64,000 nt of DNA, from positions 235-64,234 of the forward strand of contig MENI01000052.1 in assembly GCA_001768195.1 (NCBI GenBank). The letters run 5' to 3'. Below the pieces are notes generated by a model. The model was not told the DNA's origin. It saw nothing but the letters and a program-made list of their open reading frames with translations, and searched no databases. Below, piece by piece: positions 20,168-30,564 of this stretch. Each line of letters starts with the position of its first letter. Position 1 is the stretch's first letter. A program made the translations under genes and the position numbers. Source of the DNA: Bacteroidetes bacterium GWA2_40_15. Its GTDB lineage: Bacteria; Bacteroidota; Bacteroidia; Bacteroidales; VadinHA17.

Positions 20168-22444
20168 ATGAAATACTTTAAATTTTCGTTGCTGCTGATT
20201 CTGGTAATCCTTCTATGGATGTGCAGAGAATCTTCTAAGAAGGGTTCTTTTACAAAGAATGATTTTATTGATCCTCCGATATATTACTGGCCCAGACCAT
20301 TGTATTTCTGGAATAATGCAACTGTCACCGCAGATGTACTGATTGAACAGATGCAGTCACTCAGGGATAAATGCGGATACGGAGGATTTGGGGTTGTCCC
20401 GTTCGGTAGGGACTTCAGTCCTGAATATTTGTCAGAGGAGTATCTGAAACTATATGGTACAATGCTGGAAAAAGCAAAGGACCTGGGTATGACAATAAGC
20501 CTTTATGACGAATTCGGTTTTCCCAGCGGATCGGTAGGGGCTTTTGCCGAAGGTGATGGGAAACCACGTTTCCGGCAGAAATATCCTGATCAGACTATAC
20601 AGAGGCTCGATAAAGCAGAAGAAGAGATAACAGGCCCGGTTATTTACAGGAAAAAGGTCCCGGAAGGAAAACTTATGGGTGCTGTTGCAATGGACTTAAA
20701 GAGTAAGGAACGAATCGATATTACAGGAAGTGTTACTGATGGTATGCTTAAATGGGATGTCCCGTCAGGGAAATGGAAAATCATGTTCTTCAATTGTGTG
20801 ATTGATGGTAATCCGTTAGCAGATTATCTAGATCCTGAAGCTGTGGGTTATTTTACAAAAATGGTACATGATGTTTACTATGACCGTTTCAAAGATTATT
20901 TCGGTACAGTTATTTCCGGAACTTTTTTTGATGAGCCTTCAATGTATCGTGCACAATTCCGGATGTGGACGCCCATGTTTAATGAAAAATTCACCGGTAA
21001 ACATGGTTTCAGTCCGGTCACACTTTACCCTGCTTTATGGTATGATATTGGTGACGAAACATGGTCAGCCCGTAATTATATGTTTGGTTTTCGTGCGGAA
21101 TTGTATTCAGAGGGATTTCATAGGGTAGTCAGTGACTGGTCTGTAGCTCATGGAATAACAGCTACAGGTCACACGGCTCCGGAAGAAGCAATTATTCCGG
21201 CAAACGGACCGGGTGATCTTATGAAGTCATTTAAATACCTTGAGATCCCCGGAATTGATAAGATAGGTGGCCACCGGCCTGCAGAAAAGTTCTATAAATT
21301 AGTCAGTTCCTCAGCTAATAACTGGGATAAGAAACTTGTGATGTCGGAGACATTTGGTGCAATGCCAAATTACGATGAACCGGGAGACCTGGCGTGGAAT
21401 GATATTTGGTCGATTGCCAATGACCAGTACACCAAAGGAATAAATATGCTCATCCCTCATGCTGTCTGGTATGATAATACAAAGGTCACCTATAAACCTG
21501 AGCTTTCATACCGGAGTACGCTATATGCCGACAGCCTTAAGGATTTCACAACTTATCTCTCCAGGCTTAATGTGATTTTGCAGTCGGGAGGAAGACATGT
21601 TGCGGATATTGCAGTACTTTATCCTGTGCATTCTCTTTTAGGTGATCATTATTTCTATACAGAAACAGGTCCTGCCAATGTCGACGGATGGGTTGATCCC
21701 GAAAACAGCTTCTTCAATGATGCTGTCTCAAAGATAGACTATGTTGATATCGGGGGTTGGCTTATGAATGGTAACGGCCTCGATTTCACCTATATTCACC
21801 CTGAAGTTCTGGATGAAAAATGCTCTGTTGCCGGGAGCAGGCTTGAATTGAAAAACAGTACAAACTATGAGAATTACAGCGTACTCTTACTTCCTTCCTG
21901 TTATATGCTTTCTCTGAGCAACCTGAGGAAAGTGGTTGAATTTTACAATTCCGGAGGAATGGTTGTCTTTACCAGCCGTCTTCCGCATAAGTCATGTGAA
22001 ACCGGAAAGGATATGGAGGTTGACAGTCTCATCAGATCTGTTTTCCCCGGACTGGAGGATGATGCCTGGGAAATGAAAGAAAATGAAAAAGGAGGCAAAG
22101 CCTTCTTTATGCCCGATCCTGATGCAGTTGGAATCTCGGAAATTTTATATGGTTCCGGACTGTATTTTGATGTCAGCTATCCGTTAAACCCTGATATTCA
22201 ATATATTCATAAAGTCGTTGACAACAGGAATGTCTATTTCTTTGCCAATTCAGGGAAGAGCGGTATTCAAACTGAAGTAACGCTCAGAGGTAAAATCAAG
22301 GTTGAAGAATGGGATCCTCACACAGGTGAAATCAGGAAGGCTGAAACCAGATATTCTGAAAATAAGTCTTCAGGTTCAAATTCAACAGTTGTTGAAATAA
22401 ACCTCAAGCCTTATAATTCAATATTCCTTATTGAAAAAGAGTAG
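20168..22444 (+). CDS. GH106 (alpha-L-rhamnosidase)-like glycosyl hydrolase
   Basis: PRPLYFWN, YLSEEY, LYDEFGFPSG, FFDEP, IPGID and MSETFG motifs; probable lipoprotein signal. Confidence 0.75.
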   Translation: MKYFKFSLLLILVILLWMCRESSKKGSFTKNDFIDPPIYYWPRPLYFWNNATVTADVLIEQMQSLRDKCGYGGFGVVPFGRDFSPEYLSEEYLKLYGTMLEKAKDLGMTISLYDEFGFPSGSVGAFAEGDGKPRFRQKYPDQTIQRLDKAEEEITGPVIYRKKVPEGKLMGAVAMDLKSKERIDITGSVTDGMLKWDVPSGKWKIMFFNCVIDGNPLADYLDPEAVGYFTKMVHDVYYDRFKDYFGTVISGTFFDEPSMYRAQFRMWTPMFNEKFTGKHGFSPVTLYPALWYDIGDETWSARNYMFGFRAELYSEGFHRVVSDWSVAHGITATGHTAPEEAIIPANGPGDLMKSFKYLEIPGIDKIGGHRPAEKFYKLVSSSANNWDKKLVMSETFGAMPNYDEPGDLAWNDIWSIANDQYTKGINMLIPHAVWYDNTKVTYKPELSYRSTLYADSLKDFTTYLSRLNVILQSGGRHVADIAVLYPVHSLLGDHYFYTETGPANVDGWVDPENSFFNDAVSKIDYVDIGGWLMNGNGLDFTYIHPEVLDEKCSVAGSRLELKNSTNYENYSVLLLPSCYMLSLSNLRKVVEFYNSGGMVVFTSRLPHKSCETGKDMEVDSLIRSVFPGLEDDAWEMKENEKGGKAFFMPDPDAVGISEILYGSGLYFDVSYPLNPDIQYIHKVVDNRNVYFFANSGKSGIQTEVTLRGKIKVEEWDPHTGEIRKAETRYSENKSSGSNSTVVEINLKPYNSIFLIEKE

Positions 22445-22456
22445 TCGTCAGACTTT

Positions 22457-23530
22457 CTATTTTATAAGTTTTCTGATAGTTGGTTCAAGCTCTTCGGCTA
22501 TACGCAGCATGCCGATGTCATTCGGGTGGACTCCGTCAACGGTACCCTCATAGTCATCGCCGATAAGACCTTCACCTTTCCTGTAATAGAGTTGCTTTAT
22601 TCCCGACTTCTTTAAAGTGTCATATGCTCTTTTCAATTCCAGATTTTTCTTATGGTTTTCTGATTCAAGAGGTTTGGTGAATCCGTTTACATAGGGAAAA
22701 GCTTCAACAAGTAAAACAGGAACATCAGGTCTTTTCTCCTTCAGATATTTTACCAGTGCAACTGCTCTTTCGTAGATGAGGTCTCTTGTTGTATTAGGAT
22801 TGCAATCAATGACATACAGAACTGCATCAGTTTCGCACAAGGCTTCTCCAACCGAAAGGTCGAATGTACCGCTTCCGCTGAAGCCCATGTTTATAAATGG
22901 CCTGTCGAGTTTCCTTGCCAGGATATTGGTAAACAGTAACCCGGGCCTTGATGCACAGCCTCCCTGTGCAATGCTGCTTCCGTAATATACAACAGGCTTT
23001 TTTGCAATAAGATAATTCTCCTGTGGCATTGTGATGGAAGCCGGGTTACTGATACCTATCGATACTGTATCTGCTCCATCATATAGCGGAAGATTCAGGA
23101 GGTACTCCCTGTAATTATTGCCCGCTCCCCCCACCATCATGAATTCATTCCTTTTACCCTGTACTCTTCCCGTATTGATGTACTTCCAACTTCCATCAAC
23201 ATATGAATAAAGGTCCACACCTTTTATCCCTGTAAAAGGCATATGATCCATAACAGCGTCATTCTTTACTGCCCACCTTACTGCAATAAAAGGGGAGTTT
23301 GTCCTGAAACGTATGGAGATGCCTGCTGAATGTTGACCGAGATTCCACACGGGTTCCCTTAACTTATCCTTATAATTTGCAGGGAATCTGGCATAGTTCT
23401 TTTCAGAATGAAATCTTCCTATTATGGTAAACTGCTGACCATCATAATATTTAATGGTGTCAATTGATTGTGCCTCAATTAAGACAATAGATGTAAGCAA
23501 TGCCAGTCCAAAACTGAATATAGTCTTCAT
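22457..23530 (-). CDS. SGNH/GDSL hydrolase with GxDLY N-terminal domain
   Basis: GVDLY, LPLY, YGSSIAQG, NMGFSGSG and DGVHPND motifs; signal peptide. Confidence 0.9.
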   Translation of the reverse strand: MKTIFSFGLALLTSIVLIEAQSIDTIKYYDGQQFTIIGRFHSEKNYARFPANYKDKLREPVWNLGQHSAGISIRFRTNSPFIAVRWAVKNDAVMDHMPFTGIKGVDLYSYVDGSWKYINTGRVQGKRNEFMMVGGAGNNYREYLLNLPLYDGADTVSIGISNPASITMPQENYLIAKKPVVYYGSSIAQGGCASRPGLLFTNILARKLDRPFINMGFSGSGTFDLSVGEALCETDAVLYVIDCNPNTTRDLIYERAVALVKYLKEKRPDVPVLLVEAFPYVNGFTKPLESENHKKNLELKRAYDTLKKSGIKQLYYRKGEGLIGDDYEGTVDGVHPNDIGMLRIAEELEPTIRKLIK

Positions 23531-23539
23531 AAACTGTTT

Positions 23540-24805
23540 TTAGGCTTCTTCAACAACTTTCCATCCAACTGAATCGGCAAATGCAAATACCGGCTCCTTC
23601 AGATCACCATAGAATGTAACCCTGTGCCATCCCCATGCAGACCATTGTCCGAATAGTTTTTCAATATCACCAACAGGTTCGGCGCATATCTTGGTTCTGC
23701 ATGCCCTGTCATCCGGATCATTGCCAACAGCTTTTGCCTGGTGGAAGAGTATCTCTTTTTTTGAAGCATCAACTTCAAGGGTAGTTGTCAGGTAATCAAC
23801 AGGAAGTACTGATCTGACAGATGCTCCCTGCCTGTCTTCGGAATGGGTCATTATTGTGAAAGGATTAACAGGCCCATCAGGTCCGAAAGCCTTATTAGAA
23901 GCAACACAATGTGCATATATGATCTGGCGTTTTGAGGTATCTATAACAGGATCGGAGATATACCCCGGCCGGCCTGTCATATTTGTGAATGTAACCATCG
24001 TTGCTGTTGATCTGACATCAGCTTCGCAGGCACCTACAAGCCCATCATTCAGAAGTTCATGGAATCCAAGACATGGATATGCATGAATATGTCCTCCATA
24101 GAATCCTCCCAGGCAATTGATTGTTATGCCATTGGCATTATGGGTTTTTAGTACTGACTTCATTCCCAGATACATGGCAGCCGAGGTTTGCAGTGTCTCA
24201 TCAGGAATATCGATGATTTCGGTTGCCGATTTTTTCCATTTTTTAACAATGGCTTCTGCTTCATCCTTATCTGCTGTCTCCCAGGCTTTATTGACTTCGG
24301 CAAAGGTTATGTACTCAACCGGGATACCCAGAATTGCATCTGCAGCTCCTGATTTATGATCGCGGGCTACCAGTATCCTTGACTCCTTATTCATCCTCCG
24401 GCATTCTTCTGCACCCAAAGCTTTCAGATTATCAGGTTTGCATGTCAGGTTGCCTGGTTTTGGAGTTGAATTAATCCTTGCAGTTCTTGTCGCTGCGGCA
24501 AACCCGGCTGCTGTTCCTCCTTTGCTTATTACATCAAAACAACTTACTGCTGTCAGAAGATCCTGCGTGCGCGACGAAGCCACAAATCCTACATTTGGCC
24601 AGTCGGGTTTTGTCTGCTGAAGGGCATGCAGTGAATAGATATTCCTGATCTTCAGTTTTTTTGCAGATCCGTTTGATGGTGCTGCGCCAAGAAATGACAC
24701 AGGCTTAAGGGCAAAACAAGCTCCGCAGGCTGCACATGCAGAAATAAATCCACGCCTTGAGGTACGCAAGGTTGTTTTTGAGGAATAGTTAATTTCAGAT
24801 TTCAT
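23540..24805 (-). CDS. Tat-signal L-fucose/L-arabinose isomerase-like protein (possibly internally shortened)
   Basis: SRRGFI Tat motif; ITINCL, YPCLG, ACEAD, YAHC, CRTK and HRVTFYGD motifs. Confidence 0.7.
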   Translation of the reverse strand: MKSEINYSSKTTLRTSRRGFISACAACGACFALKPVSFLGAAPSNGSAKKLKIRNIYSLHALQQTKPDWPNVGFVASSRTQDLLTAVSCFDVISKGGTAAGFAAATRTARINSTPKPGNLTCKPDNLKALGAEECRRMNKESRILVARDHKSGAADAILGIPVEYITFAEVNKAWETADKDEAEAIVKKWKKSATEIIDIPDETLQTSAAMYLGMKSVLKTHNANGITINCLGGFYGGHIHAYPCLGFHELLNDGLVGACEADVRSTATMVTFTNMTGRPGYISDPVIDTSKRQIIYAHCVASNKAFGPDGPVNPFTIMTHSEDRQGASVRSVLPVDYLTTTLEVDASKKEILFHQAKAVGNDPDDRACRTKICAEPVGDIEKLFGQWSAWGWHRVTFYGDLKEPVFAFADSVGWKVVEEA

Positions 24806-24838
24806 GGTTATTATTGTTTATAAATATTTTGGTAAGGA

Positions 24839-26725
24839 TCATTCTATTACATTAATTATTATGCTGGAGATGTTAGTTTTATCATGATAGATCCTGTGGG
24901 TCGCTTTCTGAAAATCCTTCTCATCGGCCTGGTAGATATCAACAAATTTCTGCGGATTGCGGTCAACAAGAGGAAACCAGGAGCTCTGAACCTGGATCAT
25001 AATACGGTGCCCTTTCCTGAAGCAATGGGCTACATCGGGTAGCGCATATTTAACCTTAGCCGGTGTTTCCGGAACAAATGGCTCCGGCTTCTCAAAACTG
25101 TTTCTGAATTTTCCTCTCATTACCTCACCCCTGACAAGCATCTGGTATCCATCCAACTTGCAGCTTACTTTATCATCTGCCTGATTACTATAATTATCAG
25201 GGTAGACATCGATCAGTTTGACAACCCAGTCAGCATCGGTTCCGGTTGTTGAAACCATCAGGTCAGCAATAACAGGTCCTGCAAGTACTACGTCATCTTC
25301 CAGAGGCTCTGTCTGATATACCATTACATCAGGCCTTCTGGATGCAAACCTCTGGTCATTTTTCATGTACTCCTGTGTCCTGGACAGGTGAATACCGTCA
25401 TCGTACGGGACCGGTTTAGACGGATCGCTTACATATTCATCATAGCTATCCTGTTCCCTTGATGCAGTAAAAGAAAGAAGCCCATCCTTCTGCAGGTAAA
25501 GAATTTTTTCTGTACTTTTTTCAGGGGGCCATCTCTCAAATTTGCGCCATGTATCCGATCCTGTTTCAAAGATAAATGCTTCAGAAGGAGCAGAAACAGA
25601 TTTATTGTTAAGATACTTCTCGAAGAACGGGAATTCCACATTTTCCTGGTACCATGTTGCTGTGTTTTTCTCAGGTTTTATGTCGCACATTATCTCACTG
25701 GCTTCACCATACCAGCCTCCTGTTCCTCCTGACCATCCTCCGTGATACCATGGCCCCATGACAAGGTAGTTATGATTTCCTGTGTTCTGTTTCTCAAGAG
25801 CCTCGTAAGTGTGCAAGGCACCCCAGCAATCCTCCGCATCAAAGAAACCTCCGACAACGAGTGTGGCAGGTTTGATATCTTTTAGATGGGTACGGATATT
25901 CCTGGCTTTCCAGAAATCATCATAATTGCCATGCCTCATAACATCATTCCAGAACTTTAATGTATCTCCGAAATACTTAAGCTGAACATTCTTTACAGGG
26001 CCCAGTTCAAGGAAAAATTTGTAGTTATCCTGAGTATAGTATTTAAAAGGTTTAGGTCCTTTATCAGGTGTGATTGGTTCTGGTCTTGGCTTTCCGAATG
26101 AGGAGTAAAAGTTGAATGCATCCATCATCATGAAGGCTCCGTTATGGTGCCAGTCATCACCTATAAACCAGTCGGTTACCGGTGCCTGGGGCGATACTGC
26201 CTTTACCGCAGGATGGGCTCCGGGCAATGAAGCAGAGGCGTAAAACCCGGGGTAGGAGATGCCATAAATTCCCACATTCCCGTTATGGGAAGTAAGATTT
26301 TTCATGAGCCATTCAACAGTGTCATATGTGTCACTGCTCTCATCTATGTCGCGTTTCCCTTTCTTCTCAGGATTATGCGGACGAATATCAACAAATTCGC
26401 CCTCGCTCATCCATCTTCCTCTGACATCCTGATATACAATTATATATCCTTCTTTTACAAACAGCATTGAGGGAATAAGTGACCGGTGGTACTTATCTTC
26501 ACCATAAGGAGAGAGCGAATATGGAGTACGCGTGATAATTACAGGATGTTTTTTTGATTTGTCAGCAGGTTCATAGATTGTTGTGAAAAGTTTCACACCG
26601 TCGCGCATTGCGATGTAATGTTCTGTTTTTATGTAGTTTTGACTTATATAAGCTGCCTTTTCATCTTTTTGTGCATATGAACTTAAGCCGATACCTAATA
26701 TCAGTATGAATATTGTCTTTTTCAT
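24839..26725 (-). CDS. CocE/NonD family hydrolase (alpha-amino acid ester hydrolase/glutaryl-7-ACA acylase-like)
   Basis: MRDGVKL, RTPY, QDVRGRWMSEG, GISYPG, GPWYHG and QSSWFP motifs; signal peptide. Confidence 0.92.
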   Translation of the reverse strand: MKKTIFILILGIGLSSYAQKDEKAAYISQNYIKTEHYIAMRDGVKLFTTIYEPADKSKKHPVIITRTPYSLSPYGEDKYHRSLIPSMLFVKEGYIIVYQDVRGRWMSEGEFVDIRPHNPEKKGKRDIDESSDTYDTVEWLMKNLTSHNGNVGIYGISYPGFYASASLPGAHPAVKAVSPQAPVTDWFIGDDWHHNGAFMMMDAFNFYSSFGKPRPEPITPDKGPKPFKYYTQDNYKFFLELGPVKNVQLKYFGDTLKFWNDVMRHGNYDDFWKARNIRTHLKDIKPATLVVGGFFDAEDCWGALHTYEALEKQNTGNHNYLVMGPWYHGGWSGGTGGWYGEASEIMCDIKPEKNTATWYQENVEFPFFEKYLNNKSVSAPSEAFIFETGSDTWRKFERWPPEKSTEKILYLQKDGLLSFTASREQDSYDEYVSDPSKPVPYDDGIHLSRTQEYMKNDQRFASRRPDVMVYQTEPLEDDVVLAGPVIADLMVSTTGTDADWVVKLIDVYPDNYSNQADDKVSCKLDGYQMLVRGEVMRGKFRNSFEKPEPFVPETPAKVKYALPDVAHCFRKGHRIMIQVQSSWFPLVDRNPQKFVDIYQADEKDFQKATHRIYHDKTNISSIIINVIE

Positions 26726-26735
26726 TTGGCAGATA

Positions 26736-28016
26736 TTATTTTTTTTCGTAAATTATATCCTTCGATCCCGAAATGGTATTGCCCCCGGCTGTAACTTTTG
26801 AACTTTTCTTTCCAACGATGATCGCTGTTTTCTGATTCCCTTTTCCTGTTGAACGGATTGTATTGTTTTTAATAACAATATCATGAGTTTCTCCGCCTAC
26901 ATAGAATCCTGCTGACTCCTTAACTGTTCCGTTGTTTTCAATAGTATTTCCTGTAAATGTGTTTCGGTGACCTGCGTTCTGTTCATTTTCATTACGAAAC
27001 AGTACACCGTGGTTTGCATTTTCGTAAACACGATTGTTTTCGAAGATATTGTCGGTATCCTTATGTCCGATCGAAATTCCATTGTCGAGGTTGGCATAAA
27101 TGGTATTATTCCTGAAGACACCATTCTGTACTCTCCAGCATAAGTAGAGTCCGTCGCCTTTATTGTGATGGCTTATGCAGTTTTCAACAATTGGTCTGTC
27201 GGATCCGGTACCCGGATGAAAACCGAGTCCGTCGCCGTAGGATGCCTCGCAACCTTTAAGTGTAATATTTTCAGTAACCTGCAAGCTGAAAGAGTCGCCA
27301 TTGAATTCATTGACCTGTACATTTTCGACAAGACAGTTTTTCGATTTATGAATATAAACACCTCCTCCGCGACAGCCGTTGATATAGTCGTTGGTGGCTT
27401 TGTTTCCTTCTATTAGCAGGTCCGATATTTTTACATTTTGTGCATTGACAGCCTCAATTATTGAGCAGCCGTTTGATACTACTCCGTTTAATTCAGCAAC
27501 ATAATCATATACTGTTCCGTTGTCAAAATAGATTACATTATTTGTGATATCTGTTATTACTGCCGTTGTGACATCCCATCCCTGGTTATGGGCGTCATCG
27601 AACAGCTGAATGCCCATTCCCTTTTTAAATCCGCTGGCATCTTTTACAACAGCTTTCATCATTCCCCAGTCGGCATCTATTATGTAGCTGGTTTTAAATC
27701 CATTACATTTTTTAAGTAGTGATGATTTCCCTGATCCTTTCAGTGTTATATTGTCAGATAACCTTACAGGACCGGTTACATCGTAGGTTCCCGGATTCAG
27801 TTTAACAGTTCCTCCTCCTCTTGTTTTAACTGCATCAACTGCTATCTGTATTGCAGCTGATGTAAATCCGGGTATGTCAGCATCAGATCCGCCTACAGTG
27901 ATAAGCTGTTCCGCATATCTGACATCCACCAGTCCGATTCCCTGTCCGATGCTTGTTAAGCTTAGACATAATAATACGATTGCTAATACTGTGACAGATG
28001 TAAACTTTTGTTTCAT
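26736..28016 (-). CDS. Right-handed parallel beta-helix protein (pectin lyase-like fold)
   Basis: AIQIAVDAV..GGGTVKLNPGTY N-terminus; repeated ENC/NNTI/GDG beta-helix turns; signal peptide. Confidence 0.85.
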   Translation of the reverse strand: MKQKFTSVTVLAIVLLCLSLTSIGQGIGLVDVRYAEQLITVGGSDADIPGFTSAAIQIAVDAVKTRGGGTVKLNPGTYDVTGPVRLSDNITLKGSGKSSLLKKCNGFKTSYIIDADWGMMKAVVKDASGFKKGMGIQLFDDAHNQGWDVTTAVITDITNNVIYFDNGTVYDYVAELNGVVSNGCSIIEAVNAQNVKISDLLIEGNKATNDYINGCRGGGVYIHKSKNCLVENVQVNEFNGDSFSLQVTENITLKGCEASYGDGLGFHPGTGSDRPIVENCISHHNKGDGLYLCWRVQNGVFRNNTIYANLDNGISIGHKDTDNIFENNRVYENANHGVLFRNENEQNAGHRNTFTGNTIENNGTVKESAGFYVGGETHDIVIKNNTIRSTGKGNQKTAIIVGKKSSKVTAGGNTISGSKDIIYEKK

Positions 28017-28030
28017 AACTTGTTAAATTT

Positions 28031-28282
28031 AATTAAGAGTTAAAATAAATATTTAACCACAAAGGCACTCAAAGTGATACACGAAGGCACACAAAGGGAT
28101 AATTAAAAAACAACTCTTTTTATGCCAGCTTTTAAATGTCTAACATTAAAATTTACTAATAAACCTAATTTGCAGTTAGATAATTTTAAATACGTCTTCT
28201 ATATTCATTTACTAAATTTACTTTGAGTTCCATTGTGCAATCCTTTGTTGCCTTTGTGGTTAAAAAATTTTAACCCTTAATT
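28031..28282. mobile_element. Gene-less GxxExxY-type end pair inside an outer 16-bp inverted repeat
   Basis: Inner perfect IR tttaaccacaaaggca (28052-28067) / tgcctttgtggttaaa (28249-28264) with tandem CACAAAG units; outer IR aattaagagttaaaat / attttaacccttaatt (15/16). Confidence 0.75.
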
Positions 28283-28303
28283 GGCATTATTAGTTTATGT
28301 TTA

Positions 28304-30232
28304 TCATTTTTGTTTCATCTCTTCTATCAATTCTCCTATTAATATCCGGCTTTTATCCCATGTTTCTGCTTCAAAGCTCCATACATCAAGATTGCCTATC
28401 GAATTGGGACCAAATGGTTGCCTAATAATGGAGTTAACAATAGAATCAACTCTGATATTATTGCCGTCAGCTTCAGCAAGGAGCCTCATAAATTCATATT
28501 CCTGTACTCCGTCGCGCATGGTTTTAAGACGGATTGAAGGACATGGACCATTTACATTTGGAATTACTCCCGGGGCATATATCATAAGTGCGCTTCCATT
28601 TATCTTTTTAAAAGTGAACTCTGCCTCCTTCTCTGATCTCTCTTTGGAAGCATCTTTCCACGATTCAGTGTCGTACCATCCGTTTACCCATCCTGCACCT
28701 GCACCCCAGCTGAGCCAGGAAAAGGTGCGGTATTTCCAGCAGCACCAGCTTATTGCCCTGTCGTTCACCAGTGGAAGATCGAGAATTGTAGAGCTGCCCA
28801 CCCAGCTGTTTATTTTGCTCTCATAAAGCATAGGTCCGTAAAGCCATACCTTTATACCCATTTCCTGGTACTTCCTGATTGTATTGTAGTCATATTCAAT
28901 TGTATGCGATGCCCATGAGCTTATTGAGTTCTTAACTATCTGCAGTGCTTCCTCTGTGTATCCTCCGTCAATCCTGAACAAGGCTTCAGGGTAATATTCC
29001 CTGAACATATCACCATAATAAACCATCCTGCTCCATGCTTCAGGGAAATATGATTCATCGAGACCATTCAGATATACTGTGATATCTGTTTTTTCAGGGT
29101 CAATCAGGGATTTGAAATGGGTGCGGACGTTTTTAATAAAATCAATATATACAGCCCTGTTTTGCGGTTCCCGTTCAACATCAGGTTTACCGATGTCTGG
29201 CCATCCTCTGGTCCCGTGTTTGCCATAAACATCGAATGGCAGCACAAATGTTTCGATTGGTTCTCCGTAGCCCGGGCCATATTCGTAACCATATTCAGCG
29301 GTAAATGCTTTTCCGGTGAAATATTTTGAAAGGCGCTCATCAACCTGTTTCCAGTCAATGTCTGTTTTTCCGATCCGGTTCGTCTTCAGATCCGGTTCGT
29401 AAGTGGGGTCGAGCATAGCGATCCTGTTGCGTTTAAGTAGTTGATAAACAGATAATTCCTGTTTTTCATTCATGCTTTTCATGAATCCTTCATGCTGAAG
29501 GCTTGCTTTGAACCTGTTCTTGTTAGGTATAGCAAAATCCCATACTGAAAGTTCCACCGGGATCTGCTTTGTTTCACTGCCGATTGTTACAGAAAGCATT
29601 GTATTATATATCCCCGGCAGGGTCTTCTCTTTTTCAAAAGGAACATACTGATCAATCCAGACTATCATTGATTTCTGATTATCAATCCTGTTATTGAAAT
29701 CGGGCAGCCACAGAGGATAGGTCCAACGCCTTGTTACGAGTGATGAGTCATCCTGTATGTATTGAAAAGGGATGAGTGCATCCGGATACCATCCGTTGCC
29801 GAGTGAAGCTACCGGATAACCTGTGCTTGGAGATTTTACCTCCACTGACCATTCAAGGAAAAGTTCAGGTTTGATGGCGAATTGTATGTTATTCCCTTCG
29901 AAAGCCGGCATCTCAATCCTGATATTATCAAGGATATCAGTGGTATTATTGGATATAACAAGCTGGAATGATATGTATTCCCCTCTTGCGGAATGCAGTG
30001 TAACCTTTTTTCCGTCGAAGATCAGGTTTTTTTTCAACATATCTTCCTGTTGTACAGGGGCATCCTTAAGAATAAGAAACCTGTTATCAATAATTGTATT
30101 TGAAGTTGGATCAAGCCTTACGGATGAAGGCAAAACGTAGATGCCCCAGTCTGATGAGTTTTCAGCTTTATCGCCTGAATTACAGCTGAATGCAAAAACA
30201 GAGCCAAGCAGAATAAGGGTAAGGTTCTTCAT
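28304..30232 (-). CDS. DUF4091 (GH123-like) lipoprotein
   Basis: Lipobox AFS-C; ARGEYISFQ, WYPDAL, LDE and PSIRLKTMRDGVQEYE motifs. Confidence 0.75.
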   Translation of the reverse strand: MKNLTLILLGSVFAFSCNSGDKAENSSDWGIYVLPSSVRLDPTSNTIIDNRFLILKDAPVQQEDMLKKNLIFDGKKVTLHSARGEYISFQLVISNNTTDILDNIRIEMPAFEGNNIQFAIKPELFLEWSVEVKSPSTGYPVASLGNGWYPDALIPFQYIQDDSSLVTRRWTYPLWLPDFNNRIDNQKSMIVWIDQYVPFEKEKTLPGIYNTMLSVTIGSETKQIPVELSVWDFAIPNKNRFKASLQHEGFMKSMNEKQELSVYQLLKRNRIAMLDPTYEPDLKTNRIGKTDIDWKQVDERLSKYFTGKAFTAEYGYEYGPGYGEPIETFVLPFDVYGKHGTRGWPDIGKPDVEREPQNRAVYIDFIKNVRTHFKSLIDPEKTDITVYLNGLDESYFPEAWSRMVYYGDMFREYYPEALFRIDGGYTEEALQIVKNSISSWASHTIEYDYNTIRKYQEMGIKVWLYGPMLYESKINSWVGSSTILDLPLVNDRAISWCCWKYRTFSWLSWGAGAGWVNGWYDTESWKDASKERSEKEAEFTFKKINGSALMIYAPGVIPNVNGPCPSIRLKTMRDGVQEYEFMRLLAEADGNNIRVDSIVNSIIRQPFGPNSIGNLDVWSFEAETWDKSRILIGELIEEMKQK

Positions 30233-30318
30233 AAAGGTTCAATATTTGAAAATATCTGCCTGGTACTGACAGGCTTTTTACAGGATTAATTAACTGATTT
30301 AAAATTAGTAATAAAAAT

Positions 30319-30485
30319 TAATATTGAGTCTACTCCGAAGAGTATATTTTTTTGCCACCAAGGCTCCAAGGCACAAAGTTACACCAAGAATAAGTCATTG
30401 AAAGATAAGCCCTTGGTGAACCTTGGTGTCTTTGTGTCTTCGTGGCAATTTCTTTTTTGGATTTATCGGAGTGGACTCAATATTA
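30319..30485. mobile_element. Gene-less GxxExxY-type end pair inside an outer 20-bp inverted repeat (MITE-like)
   Basis: Outer taatattgagtctactccga / tcggagtggactcaatatta (19/20); inner ttgccaccaaggctccaaggcacaaag... / ...ctttgtgtcttcgtggcaa (30352-30448). Confidence 0.8.
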
Positions 30486-30564
30486 GAAGGTATATTTCTG
30501 GTATCTGATAATTCGAATCAGTATATTTATGGCTATATGTATATATACTTTTCATGCTGATAAT

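Noticed and set aside
24480-24545. DVISKGGTAAGFAAA as an FAD-binding motif inside the isomerase-like protein
   Set aside because: It lacks the hydrophobic strand and GxGxxG spacing, and no other flavoprotein motifs follow.
28281-28826. 181-aa plus-strand ORF and the many other short overlapping ORFs in the track
   Set aside because: They are antisense or out-of-frame shadows of well-supported genes with no recognisable motifs.
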